Assembly (NCBI RefSeq): GCF_006345805.1
Contig: NC_043011.1
Span: forward strand, 11,470,001-11,534,000
Direction of reading: 5' to 3'
Length of the DNA: 64,000 bases
DNA from: Octopus sinensis
Taxonomy: Eukaryota
In this document: positions 15,001 to 26,305 of the stretch, one piece after another
Position numbering within the stretch: the stretch's first letter is position 1
Layout: each line of letters starts with the position of its first letter
Position numbers and translations under genes: made by a program
Notes under the pieces: model-generated
Database searches by the model: none
Told to the model about the DNA's origin: nothing
Seen by the model: the letters and a program-made list of their open reading frames with translations, nothing else

Positions 15001-18000
15001 CGAGGCTGGCAAACGGCCATGATCGGATGGTGCTTTTTACGTGCCACCGGCACAGGTGCCAGGCGAGGCTGGCAAATGGCCATGATCGGATGGTGCTTTT
15101 TACGTGCCACCGGCACGGCGGCCAGGCGAGGCTGGCAAACGGCCATGATCGGATGGTGCTTTTCACGTTCCACCGGCACTGGGGCCAGGCGAGGCTGGCA
15201 AACGGCCACGATCGGATGGTGGTTTTTACGTCCCACCGGCACTGGGGCCAGGTGAGGCTGGCAAACGGCCATGATCGGATGGTGCTTTTTACGTGCTACC
15301 GGCACGGGGGCCAGGTGTGGCTGGCAAACGGCCACGATCGGATGGTGCTTTTTACATGCCAAAGGCACTGGGACAAGGCGAGGCTGGCAAACGGCCATGA
15401 TCGGATGGTTATCTTTACGTGCCACCGCACAGGGGCCAGGCGAGGCTGTCAAACGGCCACGATCGGATGGTGCTGTTTACGTGCCACCGGTACGGGGTGC
15501 AGGCGAGGCTGGCAAACGCCCACGATCGGACGGTCCTTTTTACGTGCCACCGCCACGGGGCCCAGGCGAGACTGCCAAACGGCCATGATCAGATGGTACT
15601 TTTTACGTGCCACCGGCACGGGGGCCAGGCAAGGCTGGCAAACGGCCATGATCGGATGGTGCTTTTCACGTCCCACTGGCACGGGGGCCAGAAGAAGCTG
15701 GCAAACGGCCACGATCGGATGGTGCTTTTTATGTGCCAACGGCACTAGGGACAGGCGGGGCTGGCAAACAGCCACGATCGGATGGTGCTTTTTACGTGCC
15801 ACCTGCACTGATGCCGGGCGAGACTGGCAAACGGCCACGATCGGATGGTGCTTTTTACATGCCACCGGCACGAGGGCCAGGTGACGCTAGCATACTGCCA
15901 AGATCGGATGGTGCTTTTTACGTTCCACCGGCATGGCGGCCAGGCGAGGCTGGCAAACTGCCACGATCTGATGGTGCTTTTTACGTGCCAGCAGCCCTGG
16001 GGCCAGGCGAGGCTGGCAAACGGCCATCATCGGATGGTGCTTTTTACGTGCCACCGGCACTGGGGCCAGGCGACGCTGGTATACGGCCACGATCGGATGG
16101 TGCCTTTTACGTTCCACCGGCACGGGGGCCAGGGGAGGCTGGCAAACGACCACGATCGGATGGTGCTTTTTACGTGCCACCGGGATGGGGGCCAGGCGAG
16201 GCTGGCAAACAGCCAGGATCGGATGGTTATTTTTACGTGCCACCGGCACTGGGGCCACGCTGCGCTGGCAAACGGCCACGATCGGATGGTGCTATTTATG
16301 TGCCACCGGCACTGGGGCCAGGCGTGGTTGGCAAACGCCCACGATCGGATGGTGCTTTTTACGTGCCACCGGCAAAGGGGGCCAGGCGAGGCTGGCAAAC
16401 GCCCACGATAGGATGGTGCTTTTTACATGCCACTGGCACTGCAGCCAGGCGAGGCTGGCAAATGGCCATGATCGGATGGTGCTCTTTACGTGCCACCGTC
16501 ACGGGTGCCAGGCGGGGCTGGCAAACGGCCACGATCGGATGGTGCTTTTTATGTGCCACCGGCACTGGGGCCAGGCGAGCCTGGCTAACGGCCACGATCG
16601 GATGGTGTTTTTTACGTGCCACCGGCACGGGGGCCAGGCGAGGCTAGCAAATGGCCAAGATCGGATGGTGCTTTTTACGTGCTACCGGCACGGGGGCCAG
16701 CTGAGGCTGGCAAACGGCCACGATCGGATGGTGCTTTTTACATGCCAAAGGCGAGGCTGGCAAACGGCCATGATCGGATGGTTACTTTTACGTGCCACCG
16801 CACAGGGGCCAGTCGAGGCTGTCAAACGGCCACGATCGGATGGTGCTGTTTACGTGCCACCGGTACGGGGTCCAGGCGAGGCTGGCAAACGCCTACGATC
16901 GGACGGTCCTTTTTACGTGCCACCGCCACGGGGCCCAGGCGAGACTGCCAAACGGCCATGATCAGATGGTACTTTTTACGTGCCACCGGCACGGGGGCCA
17001 GGCAAGGCTGGCAAACGGCCACGATCGGATGGTGCTTTTCACGTGCCACTGGCACAGGGGCCAGAAGAAGCTGGCAAACGGCCGCGATCGGATGGTGCTT
17101 TTTATGTGCCAACGGCACTAGGGACAGGCGGGGCTGGCAAACAGCCACGATCGGATGGTGCTTTTTACGTGCCACCTGCACTGGTGCCGGGCGAGACTGG
17201 CAAACGGCCACGATCGGATGGTGCTTTTTACATGCCACCGGCACGAGGGCCAGGTGACGCTAGCATACGGCCAAGATCGGATGGTGCTTTTTACGTTCCA
17301 CCGGCATGGCGGCCAGGCGAGGCTGGCAAACGGCCACGATCGGATGGTGCTTTTTACGTGCCACCGGCACTGGGGCCAGGCGAGGCTTGTAAATGGCCAC
17401 GATCGGATGGTGCTTTTTACGTGCCAACGGCATGGGGGCCAGTCGAGGTGGCAAACTGCCACGATCTGATGGTGCTTTTTACGTGCCAGCAGCCCTGGGG
17501 CCAGGCGAGGCTGGCAAACGGCCATCATCGGATGGTGCTTTTTACGTGCCACCGGCACTGGGGCCAGGCGACGCTGGTATACGGCCACGATCGGATGGTG
17601 CCTTTTACGTTCCACCGGCACGGGGGCCAGGGGAGGCTGGCAAACGGCCACGATCGGATGGTGCTTTTTACGTGCCACCGGGATGGGGGCCAGGCGAGGC
17701 TGGCAAACAGCCAGGATCGGATGGTTATTTTTACGTGCCACCGGCACTGGGGCCACGCTACGCTGGCAAACGGCCACGATCGGATGGTGCTATTTATGTG
17801 CCACCGGCACTGGGGCCAGGCGTGGTTGGCAAACGCCCACGATCGGATGGTGCTTTTTACGTGCCACCGGCAAAGGGGGCCAGGCGAGGCTGGCAAACGC
17901 CCACGATAGGATGGTGCTTTTTACATGCCACTGGCACTGCAGCCAGGCGAGGCTGGCAAATGGCCATGATCGGATGGTGCTCTTTACGTGCCACCGTCAC

Positions 18001-21000
18001 GGGTGCCAGGCGGGGCTGGCAAACGGCCACGATCGGATGGTGCTTTTTATGTGCCACCGGCACTGGGGCCAGGCGAGCCTGGCAAACGGCCAAGATCGGA
18101 TGGTGCTTTTTACGTGCTACCGGCACGGGGGCCAGCTGAGGCTGGCAAACGGCCACGATCGGATGGTGCTTTTTACATGCCAAAGGCGAGGCTGGCAAAC
18201 GGCCATGATCGGATGGTTACTTTTACGTGCCACCGCACAGGGGCCAGGCGAGGCTGTCAAACGGCCACGATCGGATGGTGCTGTTTACGTGCCACCGGTA
18301 CGGGGTCCAGGCGAGGCTGGCAAACGCCCACGATCGGACGGTCCTTTTTACGTGCCACCGCCACGGGGCCCAGGCGAGACTGCCAAACGGCCATGATCAG
18401 ATGGTACTTTTTACGTGCCACCGGCACGGGGGCCAGGCAACGCTGGCAAACGGCCACGATCGGATGGTGCTTTTTACGTGCCACTGGCACGGGGGCCAGA
18501 AGAGGCTGGCAAACGGCCACGATCGGATGGTGCTTTTTATGTGCCAACGGCACTAGGGACAGGCGGGGCTGGCAAACAGCCACGATCGGATGGTGCTTTT
18601 TACGTGCCACCTGCACTGGTGCCGGGCGAGGCTGGCAAACGGCCACGATCGGATGGTGCTTTTTACATGCCACCGGCACGAGGGCCAGGTGACGCTAGCA
18701 TACGGCCAAGATCGGATGGTGCTTTTTACGTTCCACCGGCATGGCGGCCAGGCGAGGCTGGCAAACGGCCACGATCGGATGGTGCTTTTTACGTGCCACC
18801 GGCACTGGGGCCAGGCGAGGCTGGTAAATGGCCACGATCGGATGGTGCTTTTTACGTACCAACGGCATGGGGGCCAGTCGAGGTGGCAAACTGCCACGAT
18901 CTGATGGTGCTTTTTACGTGCCAGCAGCCCTGGGGCCAGGCGAGGCTGGCAAACGGCCATCATCGGATGGTGCTTTTTACGTGCCACCGGCACTGGGGCC
19001 AGGCGACGCTGGTATACCGCCACGATCGGATGGTGCCTTTTACGTTCCACCGGCACGGGGGCCAGGGGAGGCTGGCAAACGGCCACGATCGGATGGTGCT
19101 TTTTACGTGCCACCGGCATGGGGGCCAGGCGAGGCTGGCAAACAGCCAGGATCGGATGGTGCTTTTTACGTGCCACCGGCACTGGGGCCACGCTAGGCTG
19201 GCAAACGGCCACGATCGGATGGTGCTATTTATGTGCCACCGGCACTGGGGCCAGGCGTGGTTGGCAAACGGCCACGATCGGATGGTGCTTTTTACGTGCC
19301 ACCGGCAAAGGGGGCGAGGCTGGCAAACGCCCACGATAGGATGGTGCTTTTTACATGCCACTGGCACTGCAGCCAGGCGAGGCTGGCATATGGCCATGAT
19401 CGGATGGTGCTCTTTACGTGCCACCGTCACGGGTGCCAGGCGGGGCTGGCAAACGGCCACGATCGGATGGTTCTTTTTATGTGCCACCGGCACTGGGGCC
19501 AGGCGAGGCTGGCAAACGTCCACGGTCGGATGGTGTTTTTTACGTGCCACCGGCACGGGGGCCAGGCTAGGCTGGCAAACGTCCAAGATCGGATGGTGCA
19601 TTTTACGCGCCAACGGCACTGGGGCCAGGCGAGGTTGGCAAACGGCCACGATCAGATGGTGCCTTTTACGTGCCACCGGCACTGGGGCCAGCCGGGGCTT
19701 ACAAACAGCCACGATCGGATGGTGCTTTTTACGTGCCACCTGCACAGGTGCCAGGCGAGGCTGGCAAACAGCCACGATCGGATGGTGCTTTTTACGTACC
19801 ACCGGCATGGGGGCCGGGCGAGGCTGGCAAACGGCCATGTTCGGATGGTGCTTTTTACGTGCCACCGGCACAGGTGCCAGGCGAGGCTGGCAAATGGCCA
19901 TGATCGGATGGTGCTTTTTACGTCCCACCGGCACGGCGGCCAGGCGAGGCTGGCAAACGGCCATGATCGGATGGTGCTTTTCACGTTCCACCGGCACTGG
20001 GGCCAGGCGAGGCTGGCAAACGGCCACGATCGGATGGTGGTTTTTACGTCCCACCGGCACTGGGGCCAGGTGAGGCTGGCAAACGGCCATGATTGGATGG
20101 TGCTTTTTACGTGCTACCGGCACGGGGGCCAGGTGAGGCTGGCAAACGGCCACGATCGGATGGTGCTTTTTACGTGCCACAGGCACTGGGACAAGGCGAG
20201 GCTGGCAAACGGCCATCATCGGATGGTACTTTTTACGTGCCACTGCACGGGGGCCAGGCAAGGCTGTCAAACGGCCACGATCGGATGGTGCTTTTTATGT
20301 GCCACCGGTATGGGGTCCAGGCGAGGCTGGCAAACGGCCACGATCGGACGGTGCTTTTTACGTGCCACCGGCATGGGGGCCAGGCGGGGCTGGCAAACGG
20401 CCATGATCGGATGGTGCTTTTTATGTGCCACCGGCACTGGGGCCAGGTGAGGCTGGCAAACGCCCACGATCGGATGGTACTTTTTACGTGCCACTGGCAC
20501 TTGGGCCAGGAGAGGCTGGCAAACGGCCACGATCGGATGTTGCTTTTTACGTCCACTGGCACTGGGGCCAGGCGAGGCTCGCAAACGGCCATGATCGGAT
20601 GGTGCTTTTCACGTGCCACCGGCACGGGGGCCAGGTGAGGCTGGCAAACGCCCACGATCCAATGGTGCTTTTTACGTCCCACCGGCACTGGGGCCAGGTG
20701 AGGCTGGCAAACGGCCATGATTGGATGGTGGTTTTTACGTGCCACCGGCACCGGGGCCAGGTGAGGCTGGCAAACGGCCATGATCAGATGGTGCTTTTTA
20801 CGTGCCACCGGCACGGGGCCCAGGTGAGGCTGGCAAACGGCCACGATCGGATGGTGCTTTTTACATGCCAAAGGCACTGGGACAAGGCGAGGCTGGCAAA
20901 CGGCCATGATCGGATGGTTATTTTTACGTGCCACCGCACAGGGGCCAGGCGAGGCTGTCAAACAGCCACGATCGGATGGTGCTTTTTACGTGCCACCGGT

Positions 21001-21900
21001 ACGGGGTCCAGGCGAGGCTGGCAAACGCCCACGATCGGACGGTTCTTTTTACGTGCCACCGCCACGGGGCCCAGGCGAGGCTGGCAAACGCCCATGATCG
21101 GATGGTGCTTTTTATGTGCCACCGGCACTGGGGCCAGGTCTGGCCGGCAAACGGCCACGATCGGATGGTACTTTTTACGTGCCACTGGCACTGGGGCCAG
21201 GCGAGGCTGGCAAACGTCCACGATCCAATGGTGCTTTTTATGTGCCACTGGCACTGGGGCCAGGCGAGGCTGGCAAACGCCCACGATCGGACGGTTCTTT
21301 TTACGTGCCACCGCCACGGGGCCCAGGCGAGGCTGGCAAACGGCCATGATCGGATGGTGCTTTTTACGTGCTACCGGCACTGGGTCCAGGCGAGGTTGGC
21401 AAACGGCGACGATTGGATGGTGCTTTTTACGTGCCACTGGCACTGGGGCCAGGCGAGGTTGGCAAACGGCCATGATCGGATGGTGCTTTTTACGTGCAAC
21501 CGGCACAGGTGCCAGGCGAGGTTGGCAAACAGCCACAATCGGATGGTGCTTTTTACGTGCCACCGGCACGGGGGCCAGGCGAGGCTGGCAAACGGCCATG
21601 ATCGGATGGTGCTTTTTACGTGCAACCGGCACGGCGGCCAGTCGAGGCTGGCAAACGGCCACGATCGGATGGTGCTTTTTACGTGCCAAGTGCACAGGTG
21701 CCAGGCGAGGCTGGCAATGGCCATGATCGGATTGGTACATTTTACGTGCCACCAGCACTGTGGCCAGGCGAGGCTGGCAAACGGCCGTGATCGGATGGTG
21801 CACTTTACGTGCCAAGTGCACAGGTTCCAGGCGAGGCTGGCAATGGCCATGATCGGATTGGTACATGTTATGTGCCACCAGCACAGAAGCCAGTCAGCCA
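1..21900. repeat. 63-bp tandem satellite array (>21.9 kb, runs off the left edge), consensus GGCGAGGCTGGCAAACGGCCACGATCGGATGGTGCTTTTTACGTGCCACCGGCACTGGGGCCA
   Basis: Unit recurs head-to-tail every ~63 bp with point variants and occasional 61-64 bp units. It degenerates at ~21880-21900 and is followed by (CT)n and AT-rich DNA. Confidence 0.99.
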
Positions 21901-22267
21901 AGTTCGGATGGGGCCACTCTCTTTCTCTCTCCCTCCCTCTCTCTCTCTCATTCATGTGTGCACAGAAAGTGCAATGCAGGAAACATTAAACATGTAATGT
22001 TTCCTGCATTATATACATGGGAAGTGCACTTCCTATGCAAGTTGAACTTAAAATCTTCTTCATGGCAAATACTTATAACACTATTAAAGTGACTGCTCAC
22101 AAAAAAAAAATAGTAGTAACCAGCAGATTCATTCTATAAATCTATCGCATATCGTAGCAAATTCAGACATATTGCAGCACTTATAAAATAAAGAATATTA
22201 AAGATTGTTCCCAAAAAAGAAAAATTCATCATGGAAATCAAAAATACCAAATAAACCTTTGTAACCA

Positions 22268-22496
22268 TTAACCCTTTAGCATTTAAACCGGTTATATCCG
22301 GCCAAAAGTATTCTTCCTGTTTTATGTTCAAACTGGCTAGATCTGGTCTCTCACACCAACCCTACAATATCATTTTAAAAATTAACAGCTACCTCATCAA
22401 AATCTCATAGCACCAAGATAATGCATGATTAGTTCAAAACAATGTGGATAAAAAAGGATTAATTTAGGCAGAATAATGCGAATACTAAAGGGTTAA
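22268..22496. mobile_element. piggyBac-type MITE (TTAA-CCCTTTAG...CTAAAGGG-TTAA)
   Basis: CCC/GGG termini, short TIRs, TTAA on both sides; related copies at 31519-31971, 37176-37794 and 49739-50365. Confidence 0.82.
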
Positions 22497-22858
22497 AAAA
22501 AAAACTGGTTAGAGAAATTTGCTGCCCATATTTTATGTTACACTTTATAGATCCATAATTATTATTCGAATATTTTCTACATTTTTATCAAATATTAACA
22601 TATATCAGTGGCTACTTGTAAGATACTTAATATTTTGGTTATCATTTCCTTGTGTATGGAGAACTGTAGAATTCTGGATAAGATGTTTTACTCTATTTGC
22701 TTTAGTTCCTTATTATTCCCAGTTTCATTCTAATTCCACTGGGATCAAGTTTTCTTTTTAACTCCTTGAGATTGTTTAATAAGAGCCACTAATATACTGA
22801 GCCAATTCTATTAACTGTAATGCAAAAAAAAAAAGAAAAGAAAATGTTAATGCATATA

Positions 22859-23043
22859 GGTGCAGGAGTGGCTGTGTGGTAAGTAGCTTGCTTACCAACC
22901 ACATGGTTCTGGGTTCAGTCCCACTGCGTGGCACCGTGGGCAAGTGTCTTCTACTAAAGCCTCGGGCCGACCATAGCCTTGTGGTTGGATTCGGTAGACA
23001 GAAACTGAAGAAGGCCCATCGTATATATGTATGTATATATATG

Positions 23044-23101
<58 letters not shown>

Positions 23102-23584
23102 ATATATATATATATACTTTATTTAAAGCAGCAGAAAATTCAACAAAACTGTTACTCTGAGTTTCACGTTGCTGTTCGTCGGACAGTTTTTGTTGAATTT
23201 TCTGCTGCTTTAAATAAAGCATATTACTCTACCACTGGTATTTGAGTACTCTTTTTTCCACCTTTTTTCACATTTATGTGTTTACTCCGGTATATATATA
23301 TATATTATATATATATATATAATATATATATATATACATATATATATACATATATATATCTATATATATATGTGTGTATGTTTGTGTGTCTGTGTTTGTC
23401 CCCCTAGCATTGCTTGACAACCGATGCTGTGTGTTTATGTCCCCGTCACTTAGCGGTTCGGCAAAAGAGACCGATAGAATAAGTACTGGGCTTACAAAAA
23501 GAATAAGTCCCGGGGTTGAGTTGCTCAATTAAAGGCGGTGCTCCAGCATGGCCGCAGTCAAATGACTGAAACAAGTAAAACAGT
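22859..23584 (+). mobile_element. tRNA-derived SINE, family A, with a ~175-bp insert in its (TA)n
   Basis: A-box TGGCTGTGTGG, B-box GGTTCAGTCCC, central (TA)n/(TG)n, tail AAACAAGTAAAA; many near-identical copies in the window. Confidence 0.88.
23149..23186 (-). ncRNA. Minimal type I hammerhead-like motif (core CCGACGA...GAAA) inside a 36-bp fold-back
   Basis: Minus strand reads CTGT CCGACGA ACAGCAACGT GAAA CTCAGAG TA ACAG; a degenerate second copy is at ~54028-54065. Confidence 0.55.
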
Positions 23585-23637
23585 ATGTACATACACACCA
23601 CATTCTAATTAAAATTTCCTTTTGCTGTTCTTCACAG

Positions 23638-23798
23638 GTCTTGCTTGGTTTATCATTCCATATACCCATATAGACGTCCATCTACAAAATTTTGCTTACA
23701 CCAACTGGCGCCTCTACCTTTCTGTCTGTGTCATACCTAGTTTGTCATCAGTGATTTTCTTCTTTTTTTTACCAGAAAGTCCGAAGTTTCTACTTTCG
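23638..23798 (+). CDS. SV2-like MFS transporter, first exon visible in the window (GLAW...WRLY...PESPKFLLS)
   Basis: Polypyrimidine tract and cag acceptor ending 23637; gtaag donor at 23799. Carries the MFS WR and PESPxFL motifs; starts phase 1, ends phase 0. Confidence 0.93.
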
Positions 23799-24584
23799 GT
23801 AAGAAGGTTTCCTTTCTTTAATTTTCATTTACAAAATGACATGATCTTTTACAGACCAGTGTTGTATATGTTGTAATTCTCTTTTTGTAATAAGTATATT
23901 CATCATCCTCTTCATCATCATCTTCCTCATCATCATTACTAACACTCCTTCCATGCTAGCATAGTTTGGATGGTTTGACAGGAGCTGGAAAGTCAGAAGA
24001 CTACATCAAGCTTTTACTATCTGCTTTGGCATGGTTTCTACAATTGGATACTCTTTCTAATGCAAACCACTTTACAGAGTGTATTGAGTACTTTTTACAT
24101 GGCACCAGCTGCAATTAACTCACCAAGCAACTTGCAAGACAAAAACCCTTCAACTGAGAGGAAGAGTAATTTTGAGGAAGGTAGATCTACGCCAGGTGAT
24201 GAGAGGGGAGAGTATGAAGAGAGGGACAGAATTAGGTGTCTGACATTGGGTATACCCCTTCCTAGACAACCTGACTAACTATATGGGTAACTAAGCCATA
24301 TCTCCCGCCACCAAATGTTTTAAGCATCTCAGTGGTAATTCCTGATTAGTCATATTAGTCTTCATATCCTTAATTTCTTTATCTATCACACTACTATCAA
24401 CTAAGATAGCTGGCCTCTCTGCTGGGTCCACATTAAGAAGACATTCTTTCTCACATGTATTCTCCACATGTAGCAGCTTTTCATAGTGGCACTTCCTTGC
24501 CACATTTCTTTTCAGTTACTAAGTGCAAGTGTATCATCACCCATCTGAAAACACTTCTCTCCTACAACATTGTGATTTTTCTCT

Positions 24585-24880
24585 TTCGAAATCAATCAAC
24601 ATCAATGGAAATTGTAGTTGACGATACCAGTGCCAGTGGCACATAAGAGAACCATCTGAACGTGGCCATTGCCAGCACCACCCCGACTGGCCTCCATGCC
24701 GGTTGCACGTAAAAAGTACCCACTACACTCACGGAGTGGTTGGCGTTAGGAAGGGCATCCAGCTGTAGAAACACCGCCAGGTCAGACTGGGCCTAGTGCA
24801 GCCTTCTGGCTTCTCAGACACCAGTTGAACCGTCCAACCCATGCTAGCATGGAAAGCGGATGTTAAACGATGATGATGAC
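24585..24880 (+). mobile_element. 5'-truncated RTE 3' UTR with 1-2 diverged 63-bp units and (GAT)n tail
   Basis: Same order as the 29027-29515 element, ending CCATGCTAGCATGGAAAGCGGATGTTAAAC(GAT)n. Confidence 0.82.
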
Positions 24881-25414
24881 ACTGTCTTGCAATCCAGAAC
24901 ACCTCATACTTCTGATCTTTTGCTGCAGAGCATCGGTAAACCCCTTCCGTTCTGCTTCTCCCATAGCTAAATATACTTGTCACATAGCCTCTCTTCAAGC
25001 TACCTGGTAAAGTTCTCTGTAACCTGAATTCTTCCAAGCGAAGACATGTGGCTTAGTGGTTAGGGTATTTGGCCTCACAATCATAAGGTCATGAGTTTGA
25101 CTCCCAGTGGAGCATTGTGTCCTTGAGCAAGACACTTTATTTCACATTGTTCCAGTTTACTCAGCTGGTAAAAATGATTGGTACCTGTTATTCATCCAGA
25201 GGGCCAGCATTGTCACATTCTGTGTCATGTTGAATCTCCCGGAGAACTACATTAAGGGTACACGTGTCTGTGGAGTGCTCAGCCACATGCATTTTAATTT
25301 CAATAGCAGGCTGTTCCGTTGACTGGATCAACTAGAATCTTCATTGTCATAACCGATGGAGTCCATATTTTTCCTAAGGAATTGCTTGATATTCAATGCA
25401 ACACTAAACAGATT

Positions 25415-26305
25415 CACACATTACATGATCCAAGAATGTAGGTCTTGCGATAATCAGTCCATGACTTGACCAAGTTAGTTTCCTTCTTGCAATCTCCAAG
25501 TACTTTTTTGACCATCAGAAGTTGATACTTGGTGCCACTGCACTTATGCTTGCACCCTTTCTGCTCACCTGGTAGAACTCCATTTTCTTCAAGATACCTG
25601 TTACATTGACTGCAATGATTCCAGTTAATAACTTCATCATAAGTAGCAAGCATAATATCAGTCTGTGGTTATCTACCACAATTTCTTATGCAATGTTTTT
25701 TGTGCATAAAACTGTCTTGTCCTTTGTCAGCCACTCAGGTGTCACTTGGTCAGCATTTAACAAAGTGTTGAATTATTCAGCTATTCATGCATGGATTTCA
25801 CTATATATTTTGATCCAGTAGCTTTGATTTTGATCCAGTAACTTGTCCCAAAGTCTTCCAGTTGCCCATTTTTTTTTTTACTTATTTCTTTCACATCTTC
25901 ATCTGAAATGTCTAGTTCTGCCTGCTGTGGACAAACTGTTGGAGCCAAACCAGTTGCTCCAAGCTTGCCAGGCACAATACATTAAAATCACTGAAAGAAG
26001 GAGAAAGTTATAAGTATCTAGGAGTATTAGAATCTGACAGAGTACTAACTACAGAATAAATGTGAAAATTGAGGTGTATGTCAGAAGGGTGAGAAAGTTA
26101 ATGAAGTCAAAACTAAATAGCCCAAATCTAGTAAAGACTGTAAATACTTGGGCAGTGTTTCTACTTATATGAATGGCGGACTTCATGCAAGAGCAGAAGT
26201 AGCAAGATTGTGTTTACCTAGAAAGGAAAGTGGCAGAGATTTAATATCAGTAGAAGACTGTGTAGAGTTAGCTAGAGTAGACATAGTCTTCTATGTAGGT
26301 AATAG
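25415..26305. mobile_element. Degraded R4/Dong-like non-LTR retrotransposon, two pieces in opposite orientation
   Basis: Minus: EQKGC..GTK.QLL..W.DY.K.Y (early RT). Plus: YKYLG.LE...SKLN..N.VK.VNTWAV...LCLPRKE.GR.L (post-RT). Confidence 0.75.

Noticed and set aside
1-21900. CRISPR-like array
   Set aside because: No unique spacers, since the variable parts are point variants of one sequence; eukaryotic context and no cas genes.
1-21900. HDV-like or pistol ribozyme in the monomer (CCAGCCUCGCCUGGC; CGUG..CACG-UAAA)
   Set aside because: Only superficial similarity: P1/P1.1/P2 of HDV and P2/P3 of pistol could not be formed.
1-21990. Long ORFs in five frames (e.g. MVLFTCHRHWGQARLANGHDR repeats) as a repetitive His/Cys-rich protein
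   Set aside because: The 63-bp consensus is stop-free in five of six frames; frameshifting 61-64 bp units and stops are scattered throughout; there is no unique N- or C-terminal domain.
22519-22761. Hydrophobic ORF as an upstream SV2-like exon
   Set aside because: No MFS motif and no convincing splice sites in the required phase.
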